A stretch of 37,016 nt of DNA from Candidatus Melainabacteria bacterium 17Bon1m (GCA_032128875.1 JAVLKG010000021.1:1-37016); one strand, 5' to 3'. Positions 28,110-36,916 are shown, counted from the stretch's first letter. Made by a program: numbers and translations. Notes: generated by a model from the sequence alone, not told the origin.

Positions 28110-28206
28110 GGGCGCGTGCAACGCGCCCCCACGCAACACGCCCCACGCAACACGCCCCACGCAACACGCCCCACGCAACGCGCCCCCACGCAACACGCCC
28201 CCACGC
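28110..28206 (-). repeat. REP-like element with six tandem 14-15-bp units GCAACRCGCCCC(C)AC
   Basis: Units start at 28118, 28133, 28147, 28161, 28175 and 28190. 28110-28132 is the exact reverse complement of 32030-32052. Confidence 0.9.
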
Positions 28207-28208
28207 TT

Positions 28209-29693
28209 TTAAGCTTGGGCGGCTACTTGATTGCGGCCGGCTTCTTTCGCTTGCTGCAATGCGAGTTTTGCGTCGCGCAAAATGGTTTCGGGATTGAGGT
28301 CTTCCATATTGAAGTTGGAGCAACCGACGCTGACCGTTACTTTCGGACCGCGGGTTCCTTGTCCTTTGACAAAGCTGATGCGTTCTACTTCAGAGCGCAC
28401 CTTCTCACCAAGGATTTTGGCGCCGGCGATATCAGTATTGGGCAGAACTACCGCGAATTCATCACCACCGTAGCGCGCGATGAGGTCGCTGGAACGTGTG
28501 ATGTTGAGCAAGCGATTGGCGATGGTTGTGAGTACCACATCTCCGATTTCAAAACCGAACTCATCGTTGATTTGCGCGAAATTATCGATGTCGATAATTG
28601 CCATGCCGACAGCCAGACGTTGTCTGAATGAGAACAACAACTGCTGTTGCAGGAAGCCGACCAAGAACTCGAGATTGTAGAGTCCGGTGAGCGGATCGAT
28701 TGCGGCGCGGAATGCTTCGCGTTCGTGGAGAACTTCGATTTCGTGTTTTGCCATCAGCAATTGAACGACCGGCGCCATCTGCATTTGCAGTTGAGCCATG
28801 AACGCCTTGGAAGTGGCATTGAATGCGTTTTTCTCTGTCGAAGCAAAAACCAGAGCTGCCTTGCCGGCTTTCTCTTGAATGACAGGAAGAATTTCAATTT
28901 CTTCAAAGCCTTTGCCGCCATCAGCCTTCGGCAGTTCGCCGCGCATATCGAGATTGAGGTCGCCGACAACTTCGAGTTCTTTGGTGAGTTTTTCTACGAG
29001 CTTGTCGAACCCTTCCTGGCTCAGACCCTGCTCAAGTTGAAAGGCCGCCCACGGACCATCAGCACTTGCGACTACAATGCCGAGCAAGCTTGGCGAAAAG
29101 AGCTGGCTGATGAGGCTGAAATAAGCATCGACAAATTTCTTGCGAGGATCGATAACTTCAGCCAGTGTGCGAATTACGCGCGCGACCATGCGTTCGATTA
29201 ACAGGTCGTCGAGAAGTCCGCCATAGCTGTTGATCAAGTTGGAGCTTGAAAATGAGCGCGACGGCACAAGAAGGTTTTTCACCATACTTGGCTGCCAGCC
29301 GGAGTCTTGTGCTTTGCTGACGAGATTTTTTATCTGCGTGCAAACCGATTTCAAATCTTTCTCGAGATTTCCCTGCTCAATGACTGCGTCCGCCAAGGCT
29401 GCAACTTTCCAGAATGGGTCTTCGTTAGCCGCATCGCCCTTGGCAAGAAGCATGACCGGCAAGCGGCTGGTCCTATCGTTGGACTTAATCAAGCTGGCCA
29501 GCTGGTAGCCACTTAAGTCCGAAAGATTTGTCGAAGCAACAATTATGTCGGCGCCGTGGGTGCCAAGCTCGTCAAGAGCGTCGAAGCCCCCGACGCACGC
29601 TGTTACTTCAAAACCTTCCTTCTTCAGCTGCGCGCGAAATTCGGTGGATGGGCTTTTCTCATCTTCTACAAGGACAACCTTAGCTATCGCCAT
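28209..29693 (-). CDS. Atypical receiver domain plus GGDEF (diguanylate cyclase family) protein
   Basis: N-terminal REC-like sequence (KVVLVEDE...RLPVMLL). C-terminal DPLTGLYN, DIDNF.QIND.FG...GD, RSSD I-site and RYGGDEF. Confidence 0.9.
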   Translation of the reverse strand: MAIAKVVLVEDEKSPSTEFRAQLKKEGFEVTACVGGFDALDELGTHGADIIVASTNLSDLSGYQLASLIKSNDRTSRLPVMLLAKGDAANEDPFWKVAALADAVIEQGNLEKDLKSVCTQIKNLVSKAQDSGWQPSMVKNLLVPSRSFSSSNLINSYGGLLDDLLIERMVARVIRTLAEVIDPRKKFVDAYFSLISQLFSPSLLGIVVASADGPWAAFQLEQGLSQEGFDKLVEKLTKELEVVGDLNLDMRGELPKADGGKGFEEIEILPVIQEKAGKAALVFASTEKNAFNATSKAFMAQLQMQMAPVVQLLMAKHEIEVLHEREAFRAAIDPLTGLYNLEFLVGFLQQQLLFSFRQRLAVGMAIIDIDNFAQINDEFGFEIGDVVLTTIANRLLNITRSSDLIARYGGDEFAVVLPNTDIAGAKILGEKVRSEVERISFVKGQGTRGPKVTVSVGCSNFNMEDLNPETILRDAKLALQQAKEAGRNQVAAQA

Positions 29694-29855
29694 TTTCGAC
29701 TTCCTATTGGCTAGTTACCGAGATATCGGTGAATTTTACCGGGTTTGGATATAGATGGTAATTCTCACACAGTCATTATCTTATGCCTGCGCAACGGGCG
29801 CCATAGTGATATGATCTTCGCTTGGGCAACCAGTGAAGCTGGTCTGGGACTGGCT

Positions 29856-29885
29856 TTGACAGCTTTATTCGGTGCCGGACATAGT
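29856..29885 (+). promoter_or_regulatory. Putative sigma70-type promoter for the acyl-CoA dehydrogenase gene
   Basis: TTGACA (29856-29861), 18-nt spacer, CATAGT (29880-29885); it ends 45 nt before the ATG. Confidence 0.45.
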
Positions 29886-29930
29886 GTGGATACCTTGGCG
29901 GCGTCTGTCCGCCACACTTGGTGAGTGTGA

Positions 29931-31109
29931 ATGTTGACTGCAACAGCTTCAAAAGAACTGCCCCTGAGCTTCAGACTGACTGAAGATCAAATGTTAATTC
30001 AAGAAACGATTGCCGAAATCGCGCAAAAGGAGTTTGCTCCGAGAGCCGCAGAGATTGACAAGGATCATAGATTTCCAAGAGAGAATTGGGAATTGCTGGC
30101 GGCGTCGGAATTTTGCGGACTGCCTTTTCCCGAAGAGTACGGCGGCGCTGGGCTGGACCACGTTTCTTATGCGATAGTTGTTGAAGAGTTGGCGAAGCAC
30201 TGCGCAACGACTTCAGTTATGTTCTCTGCGCACGTTTCACTCTGCGCGTCGCCGATTTATCTGATGGGCAGTGAAGAGCAGCGCAAGCGCTTCTTGCCTC
30301 CGATGTGCAAGGGCGAAAAGATGGGTGCGTTTGCTTTGTCCGAGCCAGGAACCGGCTCTGATTCAGCGGCCGCGACATGCATGGCAGAGCTGAAAGGCGA
30401 CCACTTTATCTTGAATGGCTCGAAGAACTGGATTACAAACGGCATTGAAGCAGACTATTACCTTGTCATTGCTCAAACCGACCGCGCACTGCGCCACAAA
30501 GGGTTAGTCGCCTTAATTGTGGAAAAAGATTCTCCCGGCTTTACATTTGGAAAGCTCGAGGACAAGTTGGGCATCAAAGGCTCTTCCACTTGTCAGATTA
30601 TGTTTGAAAACACACCAGTGCCTGTTGAAAACATGCTGGGCAAGGTAGGAGAAGGCTTCAAGGTCGCCATGATGACGCTTGATGGCGGAAGGATCGGTAT
30701 TGCCTCGCAAGCCGTTGGAATTGCCCAGGGCGCCTGGGATCATGCCTACCGCTATGCCAAAGAGCGTGAGGCTTTTGGAAAAACCATCAACAATCTCCAA
30801 GCAATCCGCTTTATGTTCTCCGAGATGCAAACAGAGATCGATGCGGCTCGTCTTTTGACATATCATGCGTCTTTGGCACAAGATCGAGGTGAGAAATTCA
30901 CTCGCGCTGCTGCACATGCGAAGCTCTACGCATCGGAAGTAGCGATGCGCTCGACAGTCAAATGTGTGCAGATTTTCGGCGGATATGGGTATGTTACTGA
31001 TTACCCTGTCGAACGTTATATGCGCGATGCGAAGATCACTGAAATCTACGAGGGTACCTCAGAGATCCAACGTCTGGTGATAGCGAATTCGCTTTTAAAA
31101 GACCAGTAG
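29931..31109 (+). CDS. Acyl-CoA dehydrogenase (short/branched-chain, butyryl-CoA dehydrogenase-like)
   Basis: Motifs GAFALSEPGTGSD, LNGSKNWITNG, KLGIKGS, LDGGRIGIA, GGYGY and IYEGTSEIQ (catalytic Glu). Confidence 0.95.
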   Translation: MLTATASKELPLSFRLTEDQMLIQETIAEIAQKEFAPRAAEIDKDHRFPRENWELLAASEFCGLPFPEEYGGAGLDHVSYAIVVEELAKHCATTSVMFSAHVSLCASPIYLMGSEEQRKRFLPPMCKGEKMGAFALSEPGTGSDSAAATCMAELKGDHFILNGSKNWITNGIEADYYLVIAQTDRALRHKGLVALIVEKDSPGFTFGKLEDKLGIKGSSTCQIMFENTPVPVENMLGKVGEGFKVAMMTLDGGRIGIASQAVGIAQGAWDHAYRYAKEREAFGKTINNLQAIRFMFSEMQTEIDAARLLTYHASLAQDRGEKFTRAAAHAKLYASEVAMRSTVKCVQIFGGYGYVTDYPVERYMRDAKITEIYEGTSEIQRLVIANSLLKDQ

Positions 31110-31197
31110 ACTCAAGGCCGCGAGGGTACAAGGCATATTCGAGGATTCGGCTCAAAACCCCGACGTCCTGAACGTTATTACTAAGAGGAATGCAACG

Positions 31198-31977
31198 ATG
31201 AACTGGCAAGTACCACCGAACTGGCAACCGCCGCCCCCTCCTCCGAGACCCGGAATGCCACCTCCCGGTGGCGGCGCACCCGGCGGTGGTGGAGCGCCCG
31301 GTGGTGGACCAGCTCCCGGCGGCGGACCAGGTACTGCAACTGCTCAAGCAAAAGAACTTTCTCTGTATGAGTTGTTGCAAGTCGATCGCAATGCGCACTC
31401 GACGATCATCCGTTATGCATACCGATATTTGGCTGCGATGTTCCATCCGGACAACAGCGAAACCGGAGATGCTGAAAAGTTCAGAATCATCACTGACGCC
31501 TGGAAGATATTGTCTGATGACACAAGGCGTCAAGCTTACGACATGACACTATCCGTACAAGATGCCTCTAAGCCTCAAGCTAAGGCTCCAGGTGCTCCAT
31601 CGTCATTCGGACGCGACAGTTTGCCGAAATTCGAGCGCACCAGTTTGACCTGGAACGAAGTTGAATTGAGAGTTGCTGTCTTGCAGGTTTTGCTTGCGCA
31701 GAGACGTAAAAAACCCTCGAGCGGTGGCTGCTCCGGTAAGATGCTCATGGATATTTTGCAAATCGACGATGTTACCGATATCGAATTTGCATTGTGGTAT
31801 CTGCGCGAGAAGAGCATGATCGAAACCGGCGAGCGTTCTTTCATGATCACTGCAATCGGTCTCGACTACTTGACTGAGCAATTGTCGAAGACACAGGTTC
31901 TCGATGGTGGCACTCAGATGGAAAAGAAAACTTCATCTGTGGTCAATGCCGGTCTGCCCGCGGTTCTCGGCAAGTAG
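31198..31977 (+). CDS. J-domain (DnaJ class C) protein with a Pro/Gly-rich N-terminus and a putative C-terminal winged helix
   Basis: SLYELLQV...AYRYLAAMFHPD...AWKILSD..RRQAYD; an AAGAGG ribosome-binding site lies upstream. Confidence 0.85.
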   Translation: MNWQVPPNWQPPPPPPRPGMPPPGGGAPGGGGAPGGGPAPGGGPGTATAQAKELSLYELLQVDRNAHSTIIRYAYRYLAAMFHPDNSETGDAEKFRIITDAWKILSDDTRRQAYDMTLSVQDASKPQAKAPGAPSSFGRDSLPKFERTSLTWNEVELRVAVLQVLLAQRRKKPSSGGCSGKMLMDILQIDDVTDIEFALWYLREKSMIETGERSFMITAIGLDYLTEQLSKTQVLDGGTQMEKKTSSVVNAGLPAVLGK

Positions 31978-32001
31978 TAAAACCTGGTCACGCCAAACAG
32001 C

Positions 32002-32112
32002 GTGGGGCGCATTGCCTGCGCCAAAAAGCGTGGGGGCGCGTTGCACGCGCCCTTTTCTGTAGGGGCGACGCCATGCGTTGCCCGACCTGTAGAAGGGCAT
32101 TGTATGTGCTCT
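32002..32112 (+). repeat. Cluster of 3-4 co-oriented REP-like palindromes between convergent genes
   Basis: GTGG-GGCGCA-TTGCC-TGCGCC (32002-32022), GTGG-GGGCGCG-TTGCA-CGCGCCC (32030-32052), GTAG-GGGCGACGC-CAT-GCGTTGCCC (32059-32083), and a possible decayed GTAG copy at 32089-32112. Confidence 0.8.
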
Positions 32113-32117
32113 CTTAT

Positions 32118-32858
32118 CTAATCGAATTGCAATGTAAGCTGTTCGTTTAGCACCGTGGACAAGAACGTCTTGCGATGCCAGATTGTCGGTCCGTGCATCT
32201 TGATTGCATCGCGGTGCGCTTGCGACGCGTAGCCCTTATTGCTTTCCCAAAGATAGTGCGGAAATTGCGTTGCGAGATTCGCCATCATTCGATCTCGGTA
32301 CACTTTAGCAATGACTGAGGCAGCTGCAATCGAGGCTGAGTGCGAATCTCCGTCGATGACAGTCATCTGCTCGAGTTGCAGGTCAATGATTTTTTTGTTT
32401 CCGTCTACAGCAACAAGATAGTTTTTGCATTCGCTTTGGTGCGTTTCCAAAAGCGAACCTATAGCCCTCGACATCGCTAATAGACTAGCTTTCAGGATGT
32501 TGATGGTTTCGATTTCTTCAACCGATGCTTCGGCAATTGCGCAGTGCGCGTGTTGATGAATGATTTCGGCAAGACGCTCTCGCTGCTGGCTGGACAATTG
32601 TTTGCTGTCATTGAGATCTTCTAGAGCTTGGCTTAGTTTTGTGCCCGACCTGACAGGCGGCAGGATAACGGCGGCAGCAACGACTGGTCCGGCTAGACAG
32701 CCACGTCCGACTTCATCCGTGCCAATGAGCACGGCTTCTTTTCCGCGCATTCGAACATCAAATTTGAGCATGCGTTTGAGACGCGTTCCGCACTCTAAAA
32801 TCTCGGTTTGAGCTTTCGGATTTTTCTTGGCGCGAACTGTCTCTTCTTTCTTCGACAT
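32118..32858 (-). CDS. rnhB: Ribonuclease HII
   Basis: Motifs GTDEVGRGCLAGPVVAAAV, LNDSKQL, VDG, GDSHSASIAAASVIAKV and NKGY; downstream of rplS-rbgA. Confidence 0.96.
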   Translation of the reverse strand: MSKKEETVRAKKNPKAQTEILECGTRLKRMLKFDVRMRGKEAVLIGTDEVGRGCLAGPVVAAAVILPPVRSGTKLSQALEDLNDSKQLSSQQRERLAEIIHQHAHCAIAEASVEEIETINILKASLLAMSRAIGSLLETHQSECKNYLVAVDGNKKIIDLQLEQMTVIDGDSHSASIAAASVIAKVYRDRMMANLATQFPHYLWESNKGYASQAHRDAIKMHGPTIWHRKTFLSTVLNEQLTLQFD

Positions 32859-33022
32859 GTGCCACTTCCGGTGGTGCCAAAATCGAATTGGCGGCTAACT
32901 TACGTCTAAGCTCGTAGCTATGCCACTTAGCATGGCATTTGTGTCTTGCTAAGTTACCACCTCAAGAGGTCGGAACTACCGGTTGTGAGAAGCGAAAAAT
33001 CTGAAAAAAATGGCAATTCAGT

Positions 33023-34165
33023 TTACTTGCCGTCTGGGCTGTCAAACGTTATACGGCCAAGCCTTCCATTCCGTATATCTCCTAGAAATACGGCGGCGGC
33101 GCGGCTGGTATCGGGGCGACCTTTGGTGGTCAGGAAGCGTTTGCGTTCGGCGATTAGTTGCAGATTGATTTTTTCGTTGATGACAGTCGCTGGCTCCGGC
33201 TGACTGACTTCCGAGTCATCATCCTCTTCGTAATCAAGAGCATTGTCTTCGCCGGACCGCCGGTTGCGCTTGGATTGTTTGGTGATGTTCAAATCTCGCT
33301 CGAGTTTCCAATTTTGACCATCTTCCTCATCGTCATCATCGATCAAGGGAGGGTTCTCTAAATCCAATCCAGCCGGAATGTCGTCACCTTCCGCCTCGGG
33401 GATGTATTTCTCAAGAGCTCCAGGGTAGCGTTTTTGTAATTCGGCAATGGCGCGTTCGGCCAGCTCTTCGGGCGCATACGCTCCGGCGGGTGCCAAATTG
33501 AAAATGCCAAGTTTTTCGCCGACGTTTCTTGATGAGATGTTTGGCGGCAGGATGCCTGGGGTGTCAAGCAGCTCTAGTTTTGGATGCACTCTGATCCACT
33601 GCGGACCGCGAGTGACGCCGGGACGGTCGGCAACTTTGACTTGCTTCTTGCCAATTAGCCAATTTATGAGGCTCGACTTGCCGGTATTTGGCATTCCGAC
33701 GACACAAATTCTGACCGGTCGCGGAAGCAGGCCTTTCGCTTCAATCTGTTTGAGCTTTTCTTCGCTCAATTCCAATGCCATGTTTACAACCTCCGGTTGG
33801 CGCCGGCGGTCTTTTAAGGAAAGAACAATTACCTTGACGTTTTCAGAGGAAAGCTTTTTGGCGCACTCTCTGCTGACTTTGTGGTCAGCCAGGTCGTCTT
33901 TAGTAAGAAATATTAGTCGCGGTTTATTTCCGAAGATCTCGTCATTTTTCGGGTGCCGGCTGGACAGCGGCGCCCGTGCATCGAGAACTTCGAAGATGAG
34001 ATCCACCCACTTCAATTGCTGTTGAAGCAATTGAAAGGCTGTTCGCGGCGGACCCTTGGACTGGCCCTTAGATTGTCCCCTGGACGGTCCTTTCGACGAT
34101 CCTTTGGGAGTTTCTTTGGGCTGACCTTTAGGCTGGCCTTTTGAAGGTTTGCTGCCTTTCGGCAT
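33023..34165 (-). CDS. rbgA: Ribosome biogenesis GTPase RbgA/YlqF (circularly permuted) with an atypical N-terminus and an acidic insertion
   Basis: VLDARAPLSS, G4 TKDD, G1 GMPNTGKSS, G2 PGVT and G3 DTPG; synteny with rplS and rnhB. Confidence 0.92.
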   Translation of the reverse strand: MPKGSKPSKGQPKGQPKETPKGSSKGPSRGQSKGQSKGPPRTAFQLLQQQLKWVDLIFEVLDARAPLSSRHPKNDEIFGNKPRLIFLTKDDLADHKVSRECAKKLSSENVKVIVLSLKDRRRQPEVVNMALELSEEKLKQIEAKGLLPRPVRICVVGMPNTGKSSLINWLIGKKQVKVADRPGVTRGPQWIRVHPKLELLDTPGILPPNISSRNVGEKLGIFNLAPAGAYAPEELAERAIAELQKRYPGALEKYIPEAEGDDIPAGLDLENPPLIDDDDEEDGQNWKLERDLNITKQSKRNRRSGEDNALDYEEDDDSEVSQPEPATVINEKINLQLIAERKRFLTTKGRPDTSRAAAVFLGDIRNGRLGRITFDSPDGK

Positions 34166-34182
34166 TGGCAGATTGACTGTCC

Positions 34183-34635
34183 TTAAGCTTCAGCGGTCTC
34201 AGCTGCCTTTTCGGCGGCTGGGGCAGCCTTTTCAGCCTTAGCGGCAGGAGCTTTCTCAGCAACCGGAGCAGCTGCGACGTCCTTCTTCCCGGTGACCTTT
34301 TCTTTGATTCTGGTCGCTTTACCGGTGCGCTTTCTCAGGTAATACAGCTTGGCGCGTCTGACATGACCGCGGCGCTGTACCGTGATTTTTTCGACACGGG
34401 GAGAGTGAATCAGAAATACACGCTCGATGCCGATACCCTGGAAAACGCGACGAACCGTGATGGTTTCGCCGACGCCCGAGCCACGGCGCTTGATAATCAC
34501 GCCTTCATAGCCCTGGGTCCGTTCCTTGTTGCCTTCTACAATTTTGACGAAGACTTTGACGGTGTCGCCGATATTCATTTGAGGAACGTTGTCCTTGATG
34601 AGCGGCGCTTCAATTTCTTGGATGATTTGGTTCAT
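34183..34635 (-). CDS. rplS: 50S ribosomal protein L19 with an Ala/Glu/Lys-rich C-terminal tail
   Basis: [39 protein letters not shown] and [10 protein letters not shown]. Confidence 0.98.
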   Translation of the reverse strand: MNQIIQEIEAPLIKDNVPQMNIGDTVKVFVKIVEGNKERTQGYEGVIIKRRGSGVGETITVRRVFQGIGIERVFLIHSPRVEKITVQRRGHVRRAKLYYLRKRTGKATRIKEKVTGKKDVAAAPVAEKAPAAKAEKAAPAAEKAAETAEA

Positions 34636-34656
34636 GACAAAAAGACTCTTTTCTTG

Positions 34657-34710
34657 CCCTGCAGACGGACGGCAGGGGATTCCAACACGTGTAGACAGGA
34701 AATATTACCA
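34657..34710 (-). promoter_or_regulatory. Putative extended -10 promoter and leader hairpin of rplS
   Basis: Minus-strand TGGTAATAT (34702-34710) fits TGn-TAATAT; hairpin CCCTGC-9 nt-GCAGGG at 34657-34677. Confidence 0.35.
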
Positions 34711-34793
34711 GTTGAACCCCCGCAGGATACCGGATGTTCATCTTTGTTGAGCAATTGACATAATCTATGAGAACTTGTTTATAAAGCCGCTTC

Positions 34794-35330
34794 TCAGCTG
34801 GGCTGATTGGGTTTGCCGTCAGCGGTACCAGATATGGTGGCAGCGCTACGCTCTGTGTTGGATTTCTTAGCACCCGAATCGCCTTGCCCTGTCAGAGAAT
34901 GCAGCTCTGCTACGAAATCTTCAATGGAGCGAAACTGCCGGTACACGGAGGCAAAACGGACATAAGCAACTTGGTCGAGATTGCGCAGTTTGGCTAAAGC
35001 AATCTCACCAAGATTGGTCGCCGTCACCTCGCGCTTGCCATCGGCTGCCAGCTCGTTTTCCACAGCCTCGACCAGATCGTCGATTTGTTCGGCAGTGACC
35101 ATGGTTTTCGAGCAAGCTCGTGAAACTCCGGCTCTTAATTTCTCCCTTGTATAAGGTTCGCGGCTGCCCGATCGTTTGATCACGAGCAATTGCATTACTT
35201 CAACCCGCTCGTAGGTCGTAAAGCGCCGATTGCAAGTCTCGCATTGACGGCGACGGCGAACAGAGTTCTCTCCCGCCACGCGGGATTCAAGGACTCGACT
35301 ATCTTTTGCGTTGCAAAACGGACAAAGCAT
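34794..35330 (-). CDS. nrdR: Transcriptional repressor NrdR
   Basis: MLCPFC...SRVLESR...RRRRQCETC.RRFTTYE zinc ribbon, ATP cone, and LDQVAYVRFASVYRQF. Confidence 0.98.
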   Translation of the reverse strand: MLCPFCNAKDSRVLESRVAGENSVRRRRQCETCNRRFTTYERVEVMQLLVIKRSGSREPYTREKLRAGVSRACSKTMVTAEQIDDLVEAVENELAADGKREVTATNLGEIALAKLRNLDQVAYVRFASVYRQFRSIEDFVAELHSLTGQGDSGAKKSNTERSAATISGTADGKPNQPS

Positions 35331-35533
35331 AGAGAGAAATTATAGTGCCAAAGACTGTTTCAGTTCGCTGATTTTGGACGATTGATAATGGGTGAAAACA
35401 TTTAGGGCATAATTGATAGGTAATGCAGGCGGCGCCAGACTGGTAGTGGGCTGCGAACGACAGGTAGCCTGCAGCGAATGAAACTTATCAGGTACCGCAT
35501 AAGGCTGAGGAAGGAAAGCCGTATATAGATAAG

Positions 35534-36202
35534 ATGGCTAAGGAGAAGCTTACTCATTACGAAGTATTAGGTGTGAAGCCTGAAGTCTCTCAAAAGGAGA
35601 TCAAGGACGCTTATCGTGCGCTGGTAAAGAGTAATCATCCTGACGTTGATTACCAGGATCAACAGCGGCGCGGCGAGGCAACGCTGCAAATGACGCGTTT
35701 GAATGAAGCCTATGAGACGCTCAAAGATAAACGCCGCCGAGCCGAATATGACACGATCATTGGTGTTCATAAGCAACGAAGCAATCCGAAAGTAAAGCTC
35801 GATGAGAACGACACCGTTGAATCTCGCGAACGTTTTCTCAAGCGCATTTTTCATCCGGCGCGCTCAACGATGGTCAAAGTGCTTGGTAAGTACAAAAGTG
35901 AGTTGAAAAAACTTTCCGAAGATATTTACGACGATATTCTTGTTGCCGATTTTGATGGTTATTTAGACAGTGTTGAAAACGCGCTCAGAAAGGCTGCCGA
36001 TGCATATTCGTCTGAGAGAGCGCCTTCATCGCTTGAGCCGGCAGTTCATATGATGCGACATGCGATCGCGCAAGCCGTCGATGGCTTAGAAGAAACAAGA
36101 CAATTTTGCCAAAACTATAATTACGATCACTTGATGATGGCGGAAAATCTCTTTCGCATCTCAGTTGATCTCAGTCGCAATGCGTTGCAGCTGACGCGGT
36201 AA
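35534..36202 (+). CDS. J-domain (DnaJ class C) protein with a helical C-terminal domain
   Basis: THYEVLGV...EIKDAYRALVKSNHPD...LNEAYETLKD..RRAEYD. Confidence 0.9.
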   Translation: MAKEKLTHYEVLGVKPEVSQKEIKDAYRALVKSNHPDVDYQDQQRRGEATLQMTRLNEAYETLKDKRRRAEYDTIIGVHKQRSNPKVKLDENDTVESRERFLKRIFHPARSTMVKVLGKYKSELKKLSEDIYDDILVADFDGYLDSVENALRKAADAYSSERAPSSLEPAVHMMRHAIAQAVDGLEETRQFCQNYNYDHLMMAENLFRISVDLSRNALQLTR

Positions 36203-36274
36203 TCTGATTCGTTCGCAAAGCAACTTATTTCTCAAATTATCTCTCTATCTGATAAGTGAGAAGCGCTTCAGGTG

Positions 36275-36913
36275 TCAGCCTGCGAGGTCTCGTTTAACCA
36301 AGCTCTGAAGCTTGTTGTTATTTTCGATGTTGAATTCGGATTGTTTGTTGTTCAATTTTGTCCAAAGAACATTTGACGCTTCAAATCGTTTTAGTGCGAA
36401 TTGGAAATAGTTTATGCGTTCACCTCTTTCTGACGATGCAGTGCCTTTCAAATAAAGGCACAGAGCCAGGTTGTTTAAATCGCGAGCAACTTCTTTGCTG
36501 TTCTCGCCGTAGAGTTTTTTGTCGTAATTTATCGATAACTCATAAACTTTCAGTGCTTGGTCAAAGTTTCCATGGTCCATATAAACAGCAGAAAGGTTTT
36601 GCGCGATGATGCCAAAATCCTTATGTTGTGCTGTCTTCCAGTTGGCAGCCATGGACATCCACTGGTCGTACCAAATTTTTTCGGCAGCGGAAAGATCGTT
36701 TAGCTGCCATTGTAATTGCGCTTCTGCTACCACATCTTCGATTTGCTCATGCCCTTTGTCGTTGGCAATTCTGCTTTTAACTGCGCTCAGCTGACTTCTA
36801 AGAATGTCGTTTCGCTCACTTTCTGGTGAAAGGTTGCCGACATTTATGACACCAACAAGAGTCCCGATCGAAATCAGGACTCCCGTCAGAAGCAATGTCA
36901 CTGGCCTGAACAT
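36275..36913 (-). CDS. Membrane-anchored or exported tetratricopeptide-repeat protein
   Basis: Hydrophobic N-terminus; TPR-like segments NLSAVYMDHGNFDQALKVYELSI and VARDLNNLALCLYLKG. Confidence 0.82.
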   Translation of the reverse strand: MFRPVTLLLTGVLISIGTLVGVINVGNLSPESERNDILRSQLSAVKSRIANDKGHEQIEDVVAEAQLQWQLNDLSAAEKIWYDQWMSMAANWKTAQHKDFGIIAQNLSAVYMDHGNFDQALKVYELSINYDKKLYGENSKEVARDLNNLALCLYLKGTASSERGERINYFQFALKRFEASNVLWTKLNNKQSEFNIENNNKLQSLVKRDLAG

Positions 36914-36916
36914 GCC

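Noticed and set aside
28118-28204. Possible CRISPR array
   Set aside because: The units are 14-15 bp, directly adjacent with no spacers, and no cas genes are present.
27686-28631. Short ORFs spanning the cobT-GGDEF intergenic region
   Set aside because: Their translations simply reflect the GC-rich palindromes and tandem repeat, or are antisense to the GGDEF gene.
32920-32954. Two mutually exclusive short hairpins between rbgA and rnhB
   Set aside because: Stems are only 6-8 bp with no recognisable motif and could arise by chance.
35440-35525. Possible SRP RNA or riboswitch between nrdR and the J-domain gene
   Set aside because: Only short stems are present; the SRP domain IV sequence and any long closing helix are absent.
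36062-36069. HIP1 octamer GCGATCGC
   Set aside because: It is the only occurrence I noticed in 37 kb, which is compatible with chance.
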